A stretch of 55,305 nt of DNA, filler included, from Catajapyx aquilonaris (lineage: Eukaryota): NCBI GenBank assembly GCA_000934665.2. It is 4 parts of 4 records of this genome, joined end to end, with 100 filler letters (N's around TTAATTAATTAA, not from the genome) between each part and the next. Parts side by side here need not be neighbours in the genome. Positions count along the whole stretch, not along the records: positions 1 to 13,787 come from JYFJ02008002.1; positions 13,888 to 27,617 come from JYFJ02008003.1; 2 more parts are not named here. One strand, written 5' to 3'. The notes beneath the pieces were generated by a model. It was not told where the DNA came from, made no database searches, and was given only the letters and a program-made list of their open reading frames with translations. Each line of letters starts with the position of its first letter. The first letter of the stretch is position 1. Below, piece after piece: positions 11,647 through 24,429 of the stretch. The position numbers and the translations under genes are program-made.

Positions 11647-12522
11647 TCATGGAATCTCCATGATATGAACGTCCGGATAGCAGTCTCGAATCCAACTAGA
11701 GCAGGGTGTGAGATCTACGAGTGGACAATTGTACAGTCTGATAAAGCTGAGTTTTGCGCACAAACACACTACATTTAGAACGCCCATTGTTGTGATTGAC
11801 GGGCACATGTCTAGAGTAAGTTCTGTCAGGACGGGGCAGTTGACGTCCATTGCGACCAGGCATGTATCAGTAAGGCCGATGCACTCTGAAAAATGTAGCT
11901 TCTGCAAACGCTGAACAGCCTCACGTGTGCTAAAGTACTCTACAAGTGCAGATGCATCATAACCCCAGGTGTCACCAACACTTAGACTGCGAAGATTGCG
12001 GAGCTTTCGCATTCCTTGAAGTAGGTCACCTTGAGGGTCGCAGCTAGTCTCTGACAAGTCTAGTTCCTCGAGTTGTTCGCACTGGCCCAAGAATGAGTAC
12101 GATTGATCTGGCTGAAAACGGCCAATTCGGAGCTTCCGGAGATTGGCCAGGTTTCCACCTAAAACCTCCATCTCCTCGTCCGGAGATGAGTCGCCGAAAC
12201 CACTACTGAGTGCAACATCTAAAAGTTTCCCCCACTCCCGCTCTATGGTCATGTCTAAGGGCAACCTATGGCTGGTGAATGTGGCCAGATCAATCTTTTC
12301 CAGAGCTGAGCTCCTTGCAAAGGTATCCATCGGATGACGAAAGCTTGATGGAACGTCAACTTCAGCCATCACTAGCTCCCTCAGAAGCTGGCAGCTGTTG
12401 GAAAGTGAACGTTCAAACGAGAAAGAAAATATCTTCCTCTGGTTGGTATCATACACTTTGCAAAATGCAATGCATGGACGAGGCACTCCTGCTTCCACCT
12501 TTTTTCTGACAACATCAAGCAT
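11647..12522 (-). CDS. Leucine-rich-repeat protein (FBXL/AMN1-like cysteine-containing LRRs); 5' end uncertain
   Basis: 291-aa ORF with LRRs LEELDLSET, LRSLSVGDT, LQKLHFSECIGLTDTCL, CPVLTELTLDMCPSITTMGV, LSFIRLYNCPLV. Confidence 0.75.
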   Translation of the reverse strand: MLDVVRKKVEAGVPRPCIAFCKVYDTNQRKIFSFSFERSLSNSCQLLRELVMAEVDVPSSFRHPMDTFARSSALEKIDLATFTSHRLPLDMTIEREWGKLLDVALSSGFGDSSPDEEMEVLGGNLANLRKLRIGRFQPDQSYSFLGQCEQLEELDLSETSCDPQGDLLQGMRKLRNLRSLSVGDTWGYDASALVEYFSTREAVQRLQKLHFSECIGLTDTCLVAMDVNCPVLTELTLDMCPSITTMGVLNVVCLCAKLSFIRLYNCPLVDLTPCSSWIRDCYPDVHIMEIP

Positions 12523-12665
12523 TTTAGTGGGATCAGAAAGAATGATGAAAGTGACTCTGAATATTGGGACTCAGGTGGTTATTTCAAGCATCCTGAAACC
12601 ATTGGATTCGGTATTGGATATACATTGCCTGTCAATTTTAACACAATTTCCTTGATTATCTATAG

Positions 12666-12986
12666 CAGTGGTTCCCAACCTTTTCGCCATGACGCCCCCC
12701 TTTTCGTTTTCTCCAAACACTCACGCCCCCCCCCCCNNNNNNNNNGAGCCCGCCGCAGGCGACAATTTCTTAGGTTCAAGGTCACAAAGTTTAGGTGAAT
12801 GTAGCTGACAAAGTACAGTTGAATAGACACCGTAAGCACATCGGATACACGCAAGGAGAAAAGTCGGTCCCTTCATATTTCCAGCAGCGCCAAGCGGAAA
12901 CATGTTACATTATTTTACGTATTTCTCTGGCCTCACGCCCCCCCCCCCCTACAATCCTCTCGCGCCCCCCAGGTTGGGAACCACTG
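12666..12986. mobile_element. hAT-family MITE
   Basis: TIRs CAGTGGTTCCCAACC / GGTTGGGAACCACTG; 8-bp TSD ATCTATAG at 12658-12665 and 12987-12994. Confidence 0.92.
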
Positions 12987-13787
12987 ATCTATAGAAAGTG
13001 TCCAAATATTATATATTTTCGTATTACATATTTTACTTCCACCCCCAGGCTTACAAAGGCAGCATTAGAGATGTTCTTGCAGGTGATAAAAGGAGCTATC
13101 TGTAACATCTATCCTCCTACATATACCATTTTCTAATTTACTAGCTGGAATGCCTTTTCCATTGCCTGTTATTGTCAGTGGAAGTCTAACTCGGAACCCC
13201 ACCCTATCTCGCGCAAGACAATATAGGATGAGCTTTAAAGGGACACTCCACTCAAAAAACAAGTTGACCTCTAAAAATCAGGCAAAAAATCCTGATTCCG
13301 GTGATACCATGGGTTTTTTTCTACGGCGAACGATAATCCGATAAATAAATGGCAAAGTAGGCCGGCTGCAAACCCCCTGCCCCTCCACCCCCGGCGACAC
13401 CTACCCCGGGCACCTGGCGGCTGCTTCAGGAAGTAGGGATCGTAGCCGCGCGGGTTTGAAATGCAGTTCGGTGGGATATTTCTGGCTGCTGCCAATACTG
13501 TCACGGAGGTGTTACTTTCCAGACCTCGCCTTTGCTTGGGTACCGGTGGGCTACATCTGTTGCTTACGCATCAGATCCCCATGACTAATAAAGGCCGGGA
13601 GGGAACGACTGGAAGGCGACACATGTTTATGCTTAGCACTAGGGCAGGGGGTGGGCAGCCTCGAACTTCGGGGGTGGTATCTCCCTCGGTAGCCTCCATT
13701 CCAGGTCGCGTACTGGTACTCTCCTTTTCCATTACGGAACAGATTCGCTGGACCATGCGCTGGACTGCGCCATCTTGGAATAACCGC

Positions 13788-13887
13788 NNNNNNNNNNNNN
13801 NNNNNNNNNNNNNNNNNNNNNNNNNNNNNNNTTAATTAATTAANNNNNNNNNNNNNNNNNNNNNNNNNNNNNNNNNNNNNNNNNNNN
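13788..13887. other. Artificial contig spacer
   Basis: 44 N + TTAATTAATTAA (stops in all six frames) + 44 N. Confidence 0.97.
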
Positions 13888-14949
13888 AACCCCAACACTA
13901 ATGTTAAACCAGTCAGAGAAACCCCCACTAGTTCTAACACAAGCTCTACTCTCTTCATACAATGACTTTACAGCCTCCAACAGGAATAATAAAAAGCGAA
14001 ATAGCCACTTCCCCTTACCGAAAGAAGAAAATCGATTGGAAACTGAGGGATTTGCAAAATTGACCTGTACAACCTAAAATGAAGGGCAAGGGGTCAATAT
14101 GACCAGTTCTTTTATGCACGTTTTGCACCCATTGGGGTGGCCCACCTACCCAACATTTTTGATCAAAAGGAGTGTCATAGGCCTGCTTCTGCCTGAAAGA
14201 TGTAAATATACAGGGTTTGGAGGTTTAACCTACAATCGCTTTGGGAAATGATATATGGGTTCTAGGTGATCACTTTGAGTATATACAACATGGGTCTCTG
14301 ACGCATAGTTACCGAGATGATGTGCTTCAAACACAAGGTATAAAATATCCTGGCACATATGCATCCCTCCACGCGACCTTACCCTTTTCATTTAAATTTA
14401 AGGTGTTACCATGTAATTTACTTGAAAGGTACGATCCTATTAGGTGTAGCAGGGAATGGCCTAGGCGATGGAAGTGTCGTAAGCAGTATCCAAAACCTAT
14501 AACCTGGGATAATGCACTTTTTAATTTAATGCTAATTATCTCGGTAACGATGCATCAGAGACCCATGTTGCATATACTCAATGTGATCGCCTAGAACTCC
14601 TGCATCATTTCCCAAATTAAATCAACTGAAGTGAAATTTCTTTTAACATTTAGGCATATATATACTATAAAGTGATTAGAACCACCATTTCTACGATTTC
14701 TCAGATTATATGATTTTCCTTTGACGTCATAAATAACACTTTGAAGCTCTGTGAAACACTTATATCTATAGGAAGTTATATATATATATTTTTTTTAATG
14801 AAACACTAGCACTTACATAAGCCAAGAAATCTGAGCACATTGACACTCTGTAGCATGAATGATACTTACGTTAGTATCCAAACCACATGATTGATCTTTA
14901 CAATTAAATTAAATTAAAATGCTATTAAAATTCTTGTCAATTCTAATTT

Positions 14950-15115
14950 GCTTCGGAGGGGAAGTAAAGCCGCCGGTCCCGTGTGCTTGTGACATTGCGC
15001 GAGTGCACGTTAAAAGATCCCCAGAGTGGCCAAATCCAGGAGGAGGACCACCCCCTGGCGTCGGTGTTGAGCCTAGCGGCAGAAATAGGCTGACGTTAAG
15101 CCCCCACTAAACTCC
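14950..15115 (+). mobile_element. SINE 3'-body fragment
   Basis: GGAGGGGAAGTAAAGCCGCCGGTCCC...GCACGTTAAAAGATCCCC...GACGTTAAGCCCC resembles arthropod SINE 3' modules; no head seen. Confidence 0.4.
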
Positions 15116-15389
15116 AATGCACACGACTGCACCCCATGCCACGACTGAACCCCACTTGAGGAATGAGTTGGTAATTTTTATCATGATGTCAATTGTGCAT
15201 TATCAGTGTTGCACAAGATATTTAAATTTTTTCTTTGGAGCAGACCACCAGTTGAAAGATAAAAACATTTACTTCCACAGAGAAATACAAAGAAATATGG
15301 CATATTTTTTGGTATATCAGGCGAAATGTAGCACATTTGGGTTTCACCTTTGAGACAATCATAGTGTGGTGATTCCTTCTACGACCAAT

Positions 15390-16483
15390 AGCGTTTAGTT
15401 TACATTTTTTGAGCAAATAGTGCGATCAGAAAAATATAATTTATGCATCCAAGCGTAGTTTTGGCCAAAATGCTTCTTTCGAGAGCCCGCAATATAATAT
15501 CAAGTCAAGGGTTGTTTGCCTATTTTTCGAGGTCTCCGGAATTCAGATTTCCCCACCGATAAGCAGCTTACAGGGAGGGATTCATTGACAAGGGCAAATG
15601 CTCAGACCCCCCTCCTGAATGCAGTATGTAAATCATACTTGTATAACGCAGTCTAGAATTTTTCAACCCATCAGGCCAAAATGAGAGAGAGGAGGCTTCA
15701 GTTTATTTCTGGGTTATGGTCAGCCAATGTACGAAGCTCAGATTCTTAGGCTCCTGATCGACGATTGGGACGACGAAGGTGTGCAACAACAGAGAGAAGA
15801 GTCGCAGTCAGAAGATGAAGGTGATGAAGAGGGTGGCGCAGGTGCTGAAGAAGGTGGCACAGGAAACAACAAGGTGGAACATGGGGTGGAAAGTTTGAAC
15901 GAACAAGCCAACACTGCCGGTCAAAGTGGTGTGGAAACAAATCACGTGTATTGACTGCCAAGAAGACAGTGCTGTGTAATGAATTTGCCGACTGATTAGT
16001 GTGGGAGGGCACAGTGAGCGGGAGGTGCAAGGTCTGAGCGGGTGGGAGAGGGGATAATATGAAGTGTTGGAGTGCTATGAAATAAATCCATTCTGTGAAA
16101 TCCAACGTCCGCATTTATTTTGCTGACGCACGAATAGCCGCAAATCGCTAGATATTATGCAAAACTTACCAAAGAAAAATTAAAAGGGAAGTCGGGGCCC
16201 ATCGCGTGGGTAGGAGGATTCCACCCCTTGGTGGCCTGGGATGCCACAGCCGCCAGACCGGATCTTGGTCGGGCCCCAACTACTCATTGCTGCCTAATTA
16301 ATTTTTTCCTGGTCGTGCTATTTGCTCAAAAAATTTAAACTAAACGTCATTCATCACAGAAATAGCCGAAAGAAAATGCTCTAAAAGATGAATCTAAAAT
16401 ATCCTAAATTTTCCAAGTTATAGCAAAAAAAAAGGGGGGGGGGGTTGTTGGTCAAAAAAAGTGCCCACGTCACCATCCGAGGG
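15390..16483 (+). mobile_element. Internally deleted piggyBac-like element
   Basis: Right end AGGG|TTAA (16484-16487); inverted subterminal repeats 15392-15440 / 16297-16347; acidic N-terminal-like ORF (YEAQILRLLIDDWDDE) and a C-terminal ITCIDC remnant; left end not found. Confidence 0.45.
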
Positions 16484-16595
16484 TTAACCTGACGTTGAAC
16501 TAGAAGCTAGATTTATTTTTCGTTCCCTTGCGCAACACCTTCATTCCATCTTCACCTACGCTGCTGTCAGAGGCACCATATCATTGCCATCCACC

Positions 16596-18534
16596 TTACC
16601 GGAATGATATTTGGGAAGCTGGGAAATCCTGCTGGAGGGTTCTGGGTTGTCCTGAGATCTGCTCTCCAAACGGGGTGCTAGCAGTCTCACCTCTCCAGGA
16701 GTAAGGTCTGGCGCTTCTCTCGCAGCTTGCATGCTGGTCCGTCCACAGCTGGAAAAGGTGGGTTGTTTCCTTTTGGGTTACGTGGGCAATACTTGATCGT
16801 ATGTGCCACCTCCTCCGTGGCAGAACAAATGGGGCAAGTGTAATTGTATAGAATTGGGCAGTCACCCTGCCTTCGTCCTTATCCTTCACGTAGTGAGTCC
16901 TGCAGAAACATTCATCCAGGGAATGAGCTACAAACAAAAGGTGGACTATAAAATATCTGGAAAAGATATAGGGCCATTCATGCAAGCTTGACTATTTAAA
17001 ATGTTAGTACAGTGAAATAAGCTGCCTATAACAGACCCTGAGTATAGCGGAAACCAGTCCACTGCGGATTTTTTTCTTGGAATGGGCGCATGAAGCTCTT
17101 GGCACGTCTTGGCATATGCATAAGACATGAATTCCGTGTCCGTGGAAATTTGTCCATTATGGGAAAATTATAGGGTCCCATGTGATTCCACCATGCACAG
17201 GTTTCACTGTATCACCATAAGCAGAAGTTTTAATTTAAAATGTGGAACCATCAGAATGTAAAAGGCAGTAATCCTGCACTATAGGAATGATAGTATATAA
17301 TTAATACTGTACTTCCTGATTAAGTAAGACAAGATAATTATCCTTGCAGAAAGGCTGTATGTCTGCATCCCACCAGCACATGAACATGATAACCACGAGT
17401 TATTTCCAGCTAAGAAGCACCCTGTACATGTGCACATCCAATCCTGAAGAGAGTGAATGGATCTATAATGTTAATGGATACCCCATGATAGGCCTCCTTG
17501 GGCCTTTTTAAGGGGATCATCTTTTCATGAACATTCTGTAATCATTGCCTGTCCTGTGATGGATTTTGATTGTGTGAGGAAATGGGAGAACCCCAAGAAA
17601 ACCCACACGAATACGGAGAGATCCCATTGAAACTCTCTATCCACATACTGTAAGTATCCTCTGTCTGACCCAGGGATCGAGCTTCGGACTCAGAGGTGGA
17701 AGGTTGTGGCGCTAATCACTACACCACCATGCTGCCCCCCCCCCCATAATTATAATTGGTAAATTTTTTTCCATAGAATAATAATATACTGGAAATATGT
17801 GTCCAACCTCCCATGGCCCCAATCTAAATACTGTAATGCAAAATGATGTATCAGCACCTTTTCAAATAATGGTCAATAGAGTAAATCATTTCACCCTCAA
17901 TGAAACGTGCCTTCCCAATTAGCACCAGAGATAGCCCAAGGTTACATATGCATTGGCAAGTTCTTCTGAGTATGTTTGGATGTAAACCTTCCAGGATATG
18001 CTGCACTATAGTGTATATTAAAAGCTAATTATACCTGCTATCAAAGTGCGTTAGAACAATTATTGAAACCTACAAAAAGTTATCCTCTTGCTCATATGAA
18101 TAGTTTACCTCAGAGTTAACCCTTGGCATTGGTCAGTATTATTATGAAACACCCTGTATATTTGAATTTTTATATAGTCCTCCATAATATTAGTGCAGGT
18201 CATTTCCACAAAATATTTATTAGCTAATTGTTTTCCAACATTAGGATCAAAAACCTTACTAGTTTTAATTACATTTTATGATTTAACACTTTATTGTGTG
18301 AAGAAAGGGGCATTTTTAGTGGCTTGCATTGATGCACAATGCAAAAAAAACACACACAAACACATTTCTGACAATAGAATATACAGTATCTACTGTGTGT
18401 GAATGTGCCTGCCTACACAACTGTGCCTTCAATATAAACAGTAGGCTATACTTTTGCATGTACTGTACACTTCTATAATATACATTACAAGTTACTCTCT
18501 CTATATCAAACAGCAACAATGACCCACTCACTAG
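16596..18534 (-). repeat. Inverted duplicate of nanos intron 2/exon 3 (partner 21719-23880)
   Basis: Collinear reverse-complement similarity throughout; exon-3 copy at about 16596-16918 ([48 protein letters not shown]) is frameshifted and lacks the splice acceptor. Confidence 0.92.
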
Positions 18535-18584
18535 AGAAATTGACAGTTTCCTCTTATTCTATTTTAATCCTGCTGTTTTAAATT

Positions 18585-19020
18585 AGACCTGAAACACCAC
18601 ACATGCATTGTGTTTTTTACAGCCATAAAACGTGTTGTGTTACATGCTGTCACATCAATACTGAAGAAGGTGTACAACATGGGTAATAGTGTCACTGCTG
18701 ACATTTGGTGCCTTTTCACAATGACACCGCAGTAGTTAAATAATAATGCAGGTGACGCACATAAATGTGTTAAATATTCCTCCAGGGTACAGGTACTTGA
18801 AATTGTAATTCTCTCATTATTGATTAAAATGGGAAGAGTATGGATGCATGCTCCTTATTGTTCGTTGCTAAAGGTTTTTCTCGTACCTCAGATGATGGTA
18901 TGGATGAATTCAGAAGGGGTAGTAGGGAGGATCTGTATACTCCCCAGACCCAGTAGCAACTAGCAAACCCGCTGAGCAAGCTCCTCTAACCATCAAGTGC
19001 TGGGCGCATCATCCCTGTAC
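18585..19020 (+). repeat. Direct duplicate of nanos intron 1/start of exon 2 (partner about 19975-20378)
   Basis: Shared ...TCGTACCTCAG|ATGATG.TATGGATGA.TTCAGAAG...GTGCTGGGCGCATCATCCCTGTAC; truncated by a GCTAA-rich hAT-like end at 19021. Confidence 0.85.
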
Positions 19021-20536
19021 CCAAAGGTGGCCATTAGCGCCGCTAATCAGCTAACAGGTAATAGCTGAACTAACTTTTCGTTAGCGGATTAGCTGTTTTC
19101 GCTAACTTCTCATGCCTCTAGCTGACTAATTAGCTCCCACTTTCGCGGGAGACTTGAACGTGTGCAGCAGTGACGAGCGTGCCTAGCTGTCGATTGGCCG
19201 ATCCCACAAGTAGTTCGCGGCAGCCAATCACGGCCCGTCTAAGGACGTGTGTGTCATGGCTGCCCCGTGTAACTCCCCTTTTTCGTTCTAATGAGTAGTT
19301 TCCAGTAGTTTCCAACGTCTTTCTCATTCGAAGTTCGAACGATCATGGAGAAAGGGGACAAGTCCTCATCTCCGAACCGGCCTCGCGGTCCATGGCCTCA
19401 GGTTCCCGTCATGGACGATAAGACATACACATCTTGGCCGATGCCCGACATTCCGAGTCCTGATCAATGGAACGTGTTTGACTACACGTATCCGGGTGAC
19501 CACCAACTGGCGGAGGAGATGTCCCACCTCTTCCTGCAGCCTAGGCCCGTTCGTAGAGACTGCGATGGGGAGGTCCTCGAGGAGCCGGTGCCCAGCAGGC
19601 CCGAGCACTGGAACTCTGGTATTCGCTGACTCAAATTTTAGGTCGAAAATACAAGTAGTGTTAAGGCCCCCTGAAATAATTAAATTAATCAATGGAAGTT
19701 GGTTTCTTGAAAGATCTGTAGGGCCACAACATATGGGGAAGGTTGGGGATATAGTGATTATTGTTAACTCATTGTTAGAAACTGGTACCAGCTGCCGGGA
19801 GTGGTTCCATCAGACCAGGCCACCATGGATGAGGAATTATCGGCACAGGAGGGAGAGAATTAGCACTGATGACGTTGGTAAGTGTACCACACATGTTGAC
19901 CCCTACAACGACATGGTAAAATGCAATGGATTACTTGCTGTGGTCTGGTGTGCACATTTCCTTATCAGCTTAAGGACCTGAAGCGCCACACATATATGCA
20001 TTGTGTATTTTACGGCCATAAAATGTGTTGTGTTACATGTCACATCAATACTGAAGGAGATGTACAACATGCTGACATTTGGTGACTTTTCACAATGGCA
20101 CCACAGTAGTTAAATAATAATGCAGGTGACTCACATAAATGTGTTCAATATCCTTCCAGGGTACCGGTACTTGAAATAGTAGCCTAATAATTATCTCTTG
20201 ATTGATTAAAATGGAAAGAGTAATGCATGCTCCTTATTGTTCTTTGCTAAAGGTTTTCCTCGTACCTCAGATGATGATATGGATGAGTTCAGAAGAGTTA
20301 GTAGGGAGGAGCCGTACTCCCCAGACCCAGTAGAAAGCTCCTCTAACCATGAAGTGCTGGGCGCATCATCCCTGTACCATACCAGCACGACAAGCAGCCT
20401 TGTGGACGTAATAAGCCTTACAAGCGAGGGATTTGGGGCAGGCCGGAGTGATGGTAGAATTGAGGGCACTTTTGCAGCTGCCATTGATGCTGGGTTCCAC
20501 AAAGGTATATCCAGAAAGAGTGAGTACACCCATATA

Positions 20537-20960
20537 CAGGGTGTATCTGAACTCAGTGCCCCGACGTATATGACTGCCTTCCTAGCCACCAGAGGATCGA
20601 TTTAAGTATAGGAGTCATATGTCTGGGCAGCCTCATTACTGAGATACACTCTTTAGCGATTTTTGCCTAATCGCTCCTTCTGACTTCTAAATAGAATTTT
20701 CTGGTGTAACTAGCCAAAGAGGCCTTACCACCTGTGGGCAACAAACCAACAAAGTCCCGCCCCCAGACCTTCCAGAGCCTTCTGACTGGGGGAGGGTTCG
20801 ATGGGTGGCCTAACCGACAGGATATTTTGTACTACATGTTTGCGGCCTATTATCTCTGTAATGCGGCGGCCAAACATAATGACTCCTATACTTAAATCGA
20901 TCCTCTGGTGGCTAGGAAGGCAGTCATATACGTCGGGGCACTGAGTTCAGATACACCCTG
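20537..20960. mobile_element. Tc1/mariner-type MITE inside nanos exon 2
   Basis: About 80-bp perfect TIRs CAGGGTGTATCTGAACTCAG...; TA TSD. Confidence 0.93.
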
Positions 20961-22428
20961 TATAGCCTACTTCAAGTGAAAAATTTTGGGCTAGCATCAG
21001 CACATGTAATGAAATAAGGAATGCAGAACAACTTAGTAAGCAACAGTGCTGAGGGTAGCCAGCCCTCTAATAGTGGATCTTGGTCCAACACCTTTGTAAA
21101 CAGAACAAGAAACGCCCACCAGAAAGACCGCAAACTCCTTCTCAGAGACTCGAAAGAGGCCCAGTGCATCTGGCCAAAGCAGCTGCCACAACACTGGGGG
21201 CAGTTGTACCAGTGCAACTGCAAATGTTGTGCAGCGCAACACTAGCTTTCGAGGAGGTGCAGCTACAGGACGGCCTTCAGGTGGAAATGGGGGAAAGGCA
21301 CCATCAGGCCGCCAAAGATTTTGCGTGTTTTGCAAGGTAATTATAAACTAATTAATAATAATATTCTACATGAGACTGTAAAGCATGCATTTAAGGATGT
21401 TCTCTGTGCAATTTTCAATGAATGCAATAGAAAATTTGAAAATTCAATATTAATTTTTCTTATTTATTATTAGTGTGATTCAATTACTGAGCCATGTAGT
21501 AGCAAGGTAATGTGGTATTTTATTGAAAATGTATTTATTCATGATGCTCCTTTCTATATTGCATGAGCCTCTGTTAATGTTTTTTTGTTACTTATTATCA
21601 GTGGGGATATCTTTTTAAAATGGCTTTGTTAAGGATGCCCATGAATTGCATCAGTTCCAACTGAAACTCCTCATTATAGTAAGTGTAGGTCTCATGTAGT
21701 GTGTTTCAGGTGACAAACTCCAGTGAGTGGGTCATTGTTGCTGTTTGATAGAGAGAGAGTAACTTATAATGAATATTATAGAAGTGTACACTACATGCAA
21801 AAATATATGGTTTATATTGAAGGCACAGCTGTGTAGGCAGACACATTCATACGTACAAGTAGATACTGTATAATTATGCTATTGTCAGATTTTTTTAAAA
21901 AAATTATTGCTATTATTTTTTTAGCATTGTGCATCAATGCAAGCCACTAAAAATGCCCCTTTCTTCACACAATAAAGTGTTAAATCATACAATGTAATTA
22001 AAACTAGTAAGGTTTTTGATCCTAATGTTGGAAAACAATTAGCTAATAAATATTTTGTGGAAATGACCTGCAGAAAATTTTACACTGACTATACAAAAAT
22101 TCAAATACAGGATAGGGTAGGCTACTGCAGATGAGTGATATGCAGGGTGTTTCATAATAATACTGACCAATGGCAAGGGTAAACTATGAGGTAAACTATT
22201 CCTATGAGCAAGAGGATAACTTTTTGTAGGAGGTTTCATTTGTTCTAACGCACTTTGATACCAGGTATAATTAGCTTTTAATATACAGTATAGTGCAGCA
22301 TATCCTGGAAGGTTTACATCCTCCCATACACAGAGAGCTTGTAAAAACTATGAATACTCTGAGGAAGCGCCAATGCATATGTAACCTTTGGATATCTCTG
22401 GTGCTAATTTGGAAGGCACGTGTCATTG

Positions 22429-22680
22429 AGGGCAGCATGGCGGTGTAGTGATTAGCGCCACAACCTTCCATCTCTGAGTCCGAAGCTCGATCCCTGGGTC
22501 AGACAGAGGATACTTACAGTATGTGGATAGAGAGTTTCCATGGGACCTCTCTCTGTATTCCTGTGGGTTTTCTTGGGGTTCTCCCATTTCCTCAACCAAT
22601 CAAAATCCATTACAGGACAGGCAATGATTACAGAATGTTCATGAAATGATGATCCCCTAAAAAAGGCCCAAGGACGCCTA
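22429..22680 (+). mobile_element. tRNA-derived SINE with V-domain-like core (inverted copy at about 17490-17737)
   Basis: A box TGGCGGTGTAGTG, B-box-like GCTCGATCCC, core GTGGGTTTTCTTGGGGTTCTCCCATTTCCT. Confidence 0.6.
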
Positions 22681-24075
22681 TCATGGGGGGGATCATTCAA
22701 GGACTATATGAATGCATGAATTTGTTGCATGTAAGTAACTGAATCATGTGCAGAGGACGGAAAAATTCTAAGCAATGGAGTGCTTCGGTTACACACGTTT
22801 CGCTGTAATAAGAATGTATTTTGAATTTAAAAGGCATACTTACAACTGCAGTAAGTGGAGTGCTTCCGTTACACACGTTTCGCTGTAATTACCCATTTGA
22901 TTCTGTCTCTTATTAACATTATAGATCCATTCACTCCCTTCAGGATTGGATGTGCACATGTACAGGGTGCCTCTTAGCTGGAAATAATTCTTGGTTATCA
23001 GATTGCCATTTTATGTTCAAGTGTTGGCGGGATACAGACTTTCTACATACTTGATCAGGGGAAGTGCCGTATAAATACTGCCTTTGACATTCTGATGATT
23101 CCACATTTTAAATTAAAACTTCTGCTTATGGTGATACGGTGAAAGCTGTGCATGGTTAAATCGATGGGACCCTATAATTTGCCCAAAATGGACAAATTTC
23201 CACTGACACGGAATTCATGTCTTATGCATACGCCCATTCCAAGAAAGAAATCCGCAGTGGACAGGTTTCTACTAGACTCAGAGTGTGTTATGGGCAGCAG
23301 CATAGACCTTAGGTCTATGGGCAGCAGGTTTCACTGTACTAACATTTTAAATAGTCAAGCTTGCATGAATGGTCCACCTTTTGTTTGTAGCCGATTGTAA
23401 CGATGAGGCACTGCTGACAAAATAACAAAATTGATAATCTAGGAGTGACCCAAAATCACTCTAGAAGTTTTGTTGCTTTAATCAAGAGACACTACTCTGT
23501 ATATGCACTTCATTTGAACGTGACCTAAAGCAATGACCTCTCTCATTTTAGAACAATCGTGAGGATGAATGTTTCTGGAGGACACACTACCTGAAGGATG
23601 AGGAAGGCAAGGTGACCTGCCCAATTCTATACAATTACACTTGCCCCATTTGTTCTGCCACGAAGGAGGAGGCACATACTGTAAAGTATTGCCCACGTAA
23701 CCCAAAAGGAAACAATCCCACTTTTTCCATCTGTGGACGGACGATGCAAGCTGCGAGAAAGGTGCCAGACCTTACTCATGGGAAGGTGAGCCTGCTAGCA
23801 CCCCGTTTGGAGAGCAGATCTCAGGACAACCCAGAACCCTCCAGCAGGACTTCCCAGCTTCCCAAACGCCATTCCGGGAAATGATGTGGTGAAACCTGTC
23901 CACAACGGACCTTATGTACAGAGGATTTTGGAAGATCTGCTCATATGTCAAGGACTATATGAATGCGTGAATTTGTCGCATGTGACTGAATCATGTGCAG
24001 AGGACGGAAAAATTCTAAGCAATGGAGTGCTTCCGTTACACACGTTTCGCTGTAATAAGAAACGTAAATCCATAC

Positions 24076-24429
24076 TCGGATATAAAAAGCATTGATGTAA
24101 TCGGAAAACGAGTCTCCAGGAAGTTTCTCCAGGTTAACCTGGGTGTGGTCGTTTTGAAAGGAGATAGTGAATCAAATCATGCAACCGTTTACATCACTTT
24201 GCATGACCGGATACAAATTGCGTCTTATATGGCATGATGTTTGCATATCTGTTCTTGTAATAGTTTTCATCTTATTCGGATTCCATGCAGCCGTAAGTCA
24301 TGTCATTGGACAAGCGTTTGATGCAAGAGTATTAATTCATCACGGTCTTTTCACTCTTGTTCAACAAAGGGCTGTAGTAGGACCCCAGCCTCTTTCTGGT
24401 CACATTATTTCTCCCAGCTCCGCATGCAC
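24076..24429 (-). pseudogene. Protein tyrosine phosphatase gene fragment (two pseudo-exons: 24229-24429 and 24076-24152)
   Basis: Joined translation ...MESE*DENYYKNRYANIMPY-DHTQVNLEKLPGDSFSDYINAFYIR contains the PTP KNRY and DYINA motifs; two in-frame TAA; donor GT>AT and acceptor AG>AA mutated. Confidence 0.85.

Larger units (their letters stand above)
19345..23884 (+). pseudogene. nos: nanos (CCHC-CCHC zinc finger), 3 exons: 19345-19618, 20271-21336, 23552-23884; exon 2 disrupted
   Basis: Splicing AAG|gtaatt (21336) to ttttag|AAC (23552) gives [60 protein letters not shown], the full Nanos finger. Exons 1 and 2 join in phase 1. Exon 2 has a MITE plus stops/frameshifts between 20961 and 21100. 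Confidence 0.85.
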
